Of a stretch of DNA of 4,981 nucleotides, positions 1-4,981 are shown piece by piece. Source of the stretch: a virus (Duplodnaviria > Heunggongvirae > Uroviricota > Caudoviricetes); the IMG/VR virus record IMGVR_UViG_2648501787_000009. The stretch is one strand, 5' to 3'. The position numbers and the translations under genes were made by a program. The notes below the pieces were generated by a model. It saw only the letters and a list, made by a program, of their open reading frames with translations, ran no database searches and was not told the origin of the DNA. How positions within the stretch are numbered: the stretch's first letter is position 1; each line of letters begins with the position of its first letter.

Positions 1-207
1 CTTATCAGGGAAGGCGTAAATTTCTTTCGTCCACGGATTAAGGCCGTACTGGTTGGCGACGATCAACAATGCGATGAACTGCGCATCGCTGGCATCGCCT
101 TTAAATGCCGTCTGGCGAAGAGTGGTGATCAGTTCCTGTGGGTCGACAGAATCCATGCCGACACGTTCAGCCAGCTTCCCTGCCAGCGTTGCGAGTGCTG
201 TACTCAT
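1..207 (-). CDS. bet: Bet (Red-beta) single-strand annealing recombinase, N-terminal 69 codons only; the gene continues past the window start
   Basis: Minus-strand ATG at 207..205 translates MSTALATLAGKLAERVGMDSVDPQELITTLRQTAFKGD..., matching the remembered lambda Bet N-terminus. It begins 5 nt after the gam stop, as in lambda. The frame is open to position 1. Confidence 0.9.
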   Translation of the reverse strand, partial: MSTALATLAGKLAERVGMDSVDPQELITTLRQTAFKGDASDAQFIALLIVANQYGLNPWTKEIYAFPDK

Positions 208-212
208 CCGTT

Positions 213-509
213 TTATACCTCTGAATCAATATCAACCTGATGGTGAGCAATGGTTTCAACCATGTACCGGATGTGTTCTGCCATGCGCTCCTGAAACTCA
301 ACATCGTCATCAAACGCACGGGTAATGGCTTTTTTGCTGGCCCCGTGGCGTTGCAAATGACCGATGCATAGCGATTCAAACAGGTGCTGGGGCAGGCCTT
401 TTTCCATGTCGTCTGCCAGTTCTGCCTCTTTCTCTTCACGGGCTATCTGCTGGTAGTGACGCGCCCAGCTCTGAGCCTCAAGACGATCCTGAATGTAATA
501 AGCGTTCAT
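213..509 (-). CDS. gam: Gam, RecBCD inhibitor (98-aa GamS form)
   Basis: The 98-aa ORF ([21 protein letters not shown]...[10 protein letters not shown]) is near-identical to remembered lambda GamS. Stop TAA at 215..213. Gene order bet-gam-cIII matches lambda. Confidence 0.9.
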   Translation of the reverse strand: MNAYYIQDRLEAQSWARHYQQIAREEKEAELADDMEKGLPQHLFESLCIGHLQRHGASKKAITRAFDDDVEFQERMAEHIRYMVETIAHHQVDIDSEV

Positions 510-619
510 GGCCGAACTCCTGAAAATGGCTGTGAAAATATCGCCCGCGAAATGCCGGGCTGATTAGGAAAACAGGAAAGGGGGTTAGTGAATGCTTTTG
601 CTTGATCTCAGTTTCAGTA

Positions 620-763
620 TTAATATCCATTTTTTGGGACTCCTGGCTGATTAAGTATGTCGATAAGGCGTTTCCATCCGTCACGTAATTTACGGGTGAT
701 TCGTTCAAGTAAAGATTCGGAAGGGCAGCCAGCAACAGGCCACCCTGCAATGGCATATTGCAT
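620..763 (-). CDS. cIII: CIII, FtsH-inhibitor that stabilises CII (47 aa; lambda CIII is 54 aa)
   Basis: ATG at 763..761 translates [47 protein letters not shown], matching lambda CIII through residue 46. AAGGAG Shine-Dalgarno lies upstream. It sits 72 nt downstream of the ea10 stop, exactly as in lambda. Confidence 0.85.
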   Translation of the reverse strand: MQYAIAGWPVAGCPSESLLERITRKLRDGWKRLIDILNQPGVPKNGY

Positions 764-835
764 GGTGTGCTCCTTATTTATACATAACGAAAAACGCCTC
801 GAGTGAAGCGTAATTGGTATGCGGTAACGCCGCGC

Positions 836-1204
836 TCAGGCGGCCTTGATAGTCATATCATCTGAATCAAATATTTCTGATGTATCGATATCGGTAATTC
901 TTATTCCTTCACTACCATCCATTGGAGGCCATCCTTCCTGACCATTTCCATCATTCCAGTCGAACTCACACACAACACCATATGCATTTAAGTCGCTTGA
1001 AATTGCTATAAGCAGAGCATGTTGCGCCAGCATGATTAATACAGCATTTAATACAGAGCCGTGTTTATTGAGTCGGTATTCAGAGTCTGACCAGAAATTA
1101 TTAATCTGGTGAAGTTTTTCCTCTGTCATTACGTCATGGTCGATTTCAATTTCTATTGATGCTTTCCAGTCGTAATCAATGATGTATTTTTTGATGTTTG
1201 ACAT
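836..1204 (-). CDS. ea10: Ea10-like early protein (lambda ea10/ssb-like, 122 aa)
   Basis: The 369-nt ORF has the same length and relative position as lambda ea10. GAGGA Shine-Dalgarno precedes the ATG at 1204..1202. The product is acidic. Identity was recalled, not searched. Confidence 0.75.
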   Translation of the reverse strand: MSNIKKYIIDYDWKASIEIEIDHDVMTEEKLHQINNFWSDSEYRLNKHGSVLNAVLIMLAQHALLIAISSDLNAYGVVCEFDWNDGNGQEGWPPMDGSEGIRITDIDTSEIFDSDDMTIKAA

Positions 1205-1224
1205 CTGTTCATATCCTCACAGAT

Positions 1225-1250
1225 AAAAAATCGCCCTCATCTTGGAGGGC
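1225..1250 (-). terminator. Rho-independent terminator candidate on the leftward transcript, just upstream of ea10
   Basis: On the minus strand: GCCCTC-CAAGAT-GAGGGC stem-loop (1250..1233) followed by GATTTTTT (1232..1225). Confidence 0.5.
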
Positions 1251-1392
1251 AAAGAAGATTTCCAATAATCAGAACAAGTCGGCTCCTGTTTAGTTACGAG
1301 CGACATTGCTCCGTGTATTCACTCGTTGGAATGAATACACAGCGCTGTGTTTATTCTGTTGTTTGCGTGAAAATGAAATCCGCCTGAGCGGG

Positions 1393-2262
1393 TTATGACC
1401 ACTTTTTGTTTGGGTTTCGTTGGTGAGCGTGGTTTACAGGATTATTTGATATACCCCATAACTCTGACTCGCTTATCTCTACACGAGAGAAAGACCTGCT
1501 TTCTTTCAGTTCTTTTATAAACCTAGAACCTAAGATGACATCTATTGTACCAGAAAGTTCTTGTAAAAGATCTTTGTTTTTTCTGAGGAAGAAAATATCT
1601 TCTTTATATTTAATTTTTACATAGAATTTATTCTGTATTTTTAATATATCAAAGCATGGCAGATATCTATATCCCTCATATTTTCGCCACTGCTTAACAA
1701 TTATAACATCTTTTTCATTTACTGCATTAATCAGCCCAAGACCAAGTACAGGTATGAATATTCTATTGTCTGCCGAAAGCGTACAATTATCACCACCAGG
1801 CAAATATGTATAAATCATGTCGGAATTTTTATACGCATCAACGAATGCACGTAAGAAGCGTACATATTTTTGCCATCCGTTTATACCGAATTTACCATAT
1901 AAGTATTCTTTATTTGTTAGAAGAAAACTATTTGTATCAGGATCCTTATCTACAGACCTGTCGATAAGATCTCCAACTACGTTTACAAAGTCAAAGACAG
2001 AGTTTAATAAGAACAATTGTCTTTCAGTAGGGCGAATTTCAATTATGTAGCCAGGATGAAGACGATATTGCATCTGCTTACGAAGTATACCGAACGCTTG
2101 GGTCCGAGCATCTGAAAGCAACTTCTTGTCGCCATCGCCGTGAGCATTGTTTCTAATAAAACTGATATAATTTGCTAATTTTTCAGCCTCTTTTTTGTGT
2201 TTTTTTCGCTCTGATGCTGAGTCTATTGGTTTTGGTATGGACTTGTAATCAATCTTCTTCAT
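1393..2262 (-). CDS. Hypothetical 289-aa protein, no family recognised; AT-rich gene occupying the sieB/ral position between N and ea10
   Basis: Long uninterrupted minus-strand ORF. Preferred start is ATG 2262..2260 (MKKIDYK...), with GAGG 6 nt upstream. An alternative ATG at 2274..2272 overlaps the N stop as ATGA. Stop TAA at 1395..1393. Composition is visibly more AT-rich than the flanking lambda-like DNA and codon usage is rich in K, I, N, Y and F. No part resembles lambda Ral or any protein I can name. Confidence 0.7.
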   Translation of the reverse strand: MKKIDYKSIPKPIDSASERKKHKKEAEKLANYISFIRNNAHGDGDKKLLSDARTQAFGILRKQMQYRLHPGYIIEIRPTERQLFLLNSVFDFVNVVGDLIDRSVDKDPDTNSFLLTNKEYLYGKFGINGWQKYVRFLRAFVDAYKNSDMIYTYLPGGDNCTLSADNRIFIPVLGLGLINAVNEKDVIIVKQWRKYEGYRYLPCFDILKIQNKFYVKIKYKEDIFFLRKNKDLLQELSGTIDVILGSRFIKELKESRSFSRVEISESELWGISNNPVNHAHQRNPNKKWS

Positions 2263-2270
2263 TACGTACC

Positions 2271-2594
2271 TCATGCCAATGGAATGGATTCCCCTTTAAC
2301 CTTTTGTCTTCCTTGACAAGTTATACCGAACTCACCTGGCTTGCTATACCAAACTCGATGATTCTTGCGCTCAATACGTTGCAGGTTGCTTTCAATCTGT
2401 TCGTGGTATTCAGCCAGCACCGTAAGGTCTATCGGATTCAGTGCGCTTTCTACTCGTGATTTCGGTTTGCGATTCAGCGAGAGAATAGGGCGGTTAACTG
2501 GTTTAGCGCTTACCCCAACCAACAGGGGATTTGCTGCTTTCCATTGAGCCTGTTTCTCTGCGCGACATTCGCGGCGGCGTGTTTGTGCATCCAT
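2271..2594 (-). CDS. N: N transcription antitermination protein (107 aa, lambda-type)
   Basis: ATG at 2594..2592 translates MDAQTRRRECRAEKQAQWKAANPLLVGVSAKPVNRPILSLNRKPKSRVESALNPIDLTVLAEYH..., lambda N with a handful of substitutions. It lies 222 nt downstream of the inferred pL start, as in lambda. The longer track ORF 2271..2726 is the same frame extended upstream. Confidence 0.9.
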   Translation of the reverse strand: MDAQTRRRECRAEKQAQWKAANPLLVGVSAKPVNRPILSLNRKPKSRVESALNPIDLTVLAEYHEQIESNLQRIERKNHRVWYSKPGEFGITCQGRQKVKGESIPLA

Positions 2595-2751
2595 CTGGAT
2601 TCTCCTGTCAGTTAGCTTTGGTTGTGTGTGGGAGTCGTAGTCCTGAACGAAAACACCCCGCAATGGCACATTGGCAGCTAATCCGGATTCGCACTTCCGG
2701 CCAATGCTTCGTTTCGTATCACACACACCAAAGCCTTCTGCTTTGAATGCT

Positions 2752-2782
2752 GCCCTTCTTCAGGGCTTAATTTTTAAGAGCC
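2752..2782 (-). promoter_or_regulatory. nutL: nutL (boxA + boxB) N-utilisation site
   Basis: The minus strand reads GGCTCTTAAAAATTAAGCCCTGAAGAAGGGCA. boxB is GCCCTGAAGAAGGGC (plus 2752..2766) and boxA is GCTCTTA (plus about 2774..2782). The site lies between pL and N. Confidence 0.85.
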
Positions 2783-2815
2783 TCACCTTCAATGGTGGTC
2801 AGTGCGTCCTGCTGA

Positions 2816-2895
2816 TGGCTTAAAATTACAAGGAAGATTGTATGTTGTAAACAAGAAATATTGTAAAAAGGGGCGTGAAAAACAAACTCCATTGT
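2816..2895 (-). promoter_or_regulatory. pL promoter with 434-type OL operators
   Basis: Three 14-bp ACAA-N6-TTGT sites are present: ACAAGGAAGATTGT (2828..2841), ACAAGAAATATTGT (2851..2864) and ACAAACTCCATTGT (2882..2895). On the minus strand, -35 TTTACA (2851..2846) and -10 TAATTT (2828..2823) are 17 nt apart. The inferred transcript start is near 2816 (ATCAGCAGGACGCACTGACC..., the lambda N leader). Confidence 0.8.
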
Positions 2896-2945
2896 TTTTA
2901 AACGGAAAATAGTTTGTTTTTTTGTTATCGAGATTGAGGTGGGGA

Positions 2946-4298
<1,353 letters not shown>

Positions 4299-4306
4299 GA
4301 CATTCC

Positions 4307-4338
4307 CGCTCTTACACATCCCAGCCCTGAAAAAGGGC
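4307..4338 (+). promoter_or_regulatory. nutR: nutR (boxA CGCTCTTA + boxB GCCCTGAAAAAGGGC)
   Basis: boxA CGCTCTTA is at 4307..4314 and boxB GCCCTGAAAAAGGGC at 4324..4338, immediately downstream of cro as in lambda. Confidence 0.85.
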
Positions 4339-4351
4339 ATCAAAATAAACC

Positions 4352-4383
4352 ACACCTATGGTGTATGCATTTATTTGCATACA
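4352..4383 (+). terminator. tR1-region RNA hairpins in the cro-cII spacer (lambda tR1 is Rho-dependent)
   Basis: Inverted repeats ACACC/GGTGT (4352..4364) and GTATGCA-TTTATT-TGCATAC (4363..4382) lie between nutR and the cII ribosome-binding site. There is no clean U-tract. The function is assigned only from position in lambda. Confidence 0.4.
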
Positions 4384-4404
4384 TTCAATCAATTGTTATC
4401 TAAG

Positions 4405-4440
4405 GAAATACTTACATATGGTTCGTGCAAACAAACGCAA
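4405..4440 (-). promoter_or_regulatory. pRE (CII-activated promoter for repressor establishment), including the CII-binding direct repeats
   Basis: The minus strand reads TTGC-GTTTGT-TTGC (plus 4427..4440), the TTGC-N6-TTGC CII recognition repeats. An AAGTAT -10 candidate follows on the minus strand (plus about 4408..4413). The site overlaps the cII start, as in lambda. Confidence 0.7.
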
Positions 4441-4711
4441 CGAGGCTCTACGAATCGAGAGTGCGTTGCTTAACAAAATCGCAATGCTTGGAACTGAGAA
4501 GACAGCGGAAGCTGTGGGAGTTGATAAGTCGCAGATCAGCAGGTGGAAGAGGGATTGGATTCCAAAGTTCTCAATGCTGCTTGCTGTTCTTGAATGGGGT
4601 GTCGTCGACGACGACATGGCTCGATTGGCACGACAAGTTGCTTCGATTCTCACCAATAAAAAACGCCCGGCGGCAACCGAGCGTTCTGAACAAATCCAGA
4701 TGGAATTCTGA
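4418..4711 (+). CDS. cII: CII transcriptional activator (97 aa, lambda type)
   Basis: ATG at 4418 with AAGGA Shine-Dalgarno at 4402..4406. Translation MVRANKRNEALRIESALLNKIAMLGTEKTAEAVGVDKSQISRWKRDWIPKFSMLLAVLEWGVVDDDMARLARQVASILTNKKRPAATERSEQIQMEF matches lambda CII. The track ORF 4358..4711 is the same frame extended upstream. Confidence 0.95.
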   Translation: MVRANKRNEALRIESALLNKIAMLGTEKTAEAVGVDKSQISRWKRDWIPKFSMLLAVLEWGVVDDDMARLARQVASILTNKKRPAATERSEQIQMEF

Positions 4712-4733
4712 GGTTATTACTGGAACTATCAAC
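4653..4733 (-). ncRNA. oop: oop antisense RNA candidate with its terminator, overlapping the cII 3' end
   Basis: On the minus strand, a GC-rich hairpin (plus 4662..4685: AACGC-CCGGCGGCAACCGA-GCGTT) is followed by TTTTTTATT (plus 4661..4653). The position between cII and O matches lambda oop. The 5' end is placed by analogy only. Confidence 0.55.
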
Positions 4734-4743
4734 AGGAGTCATT

Positions 4744-4968
<225 letters not shown>

Positions 4969-4981
4969 AGCTATAACCCCG

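Noticed and set aside
53-439. Track ORFs 53..325 (+) and 167..439 (-)
   Set aside because: They overlap bet and gam in the wrong frame or strand. The bet and gam translations match known proteins, so these are spurious open frames.
478-756. 92-aa ORF starting MPLQGG... as a separate gene or as kil
   Set aside because: It is the gam reading frame running upstream through cIII. Its downstream part is the frameshifted GamL N-terminus. No kil-like 47-codon ORF exists in any frame here.
1817-2050. 77-aa plus-strand ORF inside the 289-aa gene
   Set aside because: It is antisense to a much longer, coherent minus-strand ORF in AT-rich DNA, where spurious open frames are common, and has no ribosome-binding site or promoter context.
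2172-2746. Plus-strand ORFs 2172..2459, 2365..2547 and 2531..2746, and the 151-aa extended N ORF 2271..2726
   Set aside because: The plus-strand ORFs are antisense to N and its leader. The extended N frame runs through nutL and the leader; the ATG at 2594 gives the canonical 107-aa N.

Overview
This window is the early-left / immunity / early-right core of a lambdoid prophage, essentially a lambda backbone carrying the phage-434 immunity cassette. All identifications rest on reading the translations against remembered reference proteins; no database search was run. On the minus strand, from high to low coordinates: cI(434), an unassigned signal-peptide ORF in the position lambda uses for rexAB, OL/pL, nutL, N, an unassigned AT-rich 289-aa ORF in the position lambda uses for sieB/ral, ea10, cIII, gam and the 5' end of bet. 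On the plus strand: OR/pR, cro(434), nutR, cII and the start of O. The two unassigned ORFs are the best candidates for an undescribed lysogen-expressed exclusion or defence function. Three structural departures from reference lambda are visible: kil is missing (cIII runs straight into gam), the GamL-specific 5' extension is frameshifted, and O loses lambda similarity after codon 47 and stops at codon 65. No tRNA, rRNA, CRISPR array or recognisable transposase is present.
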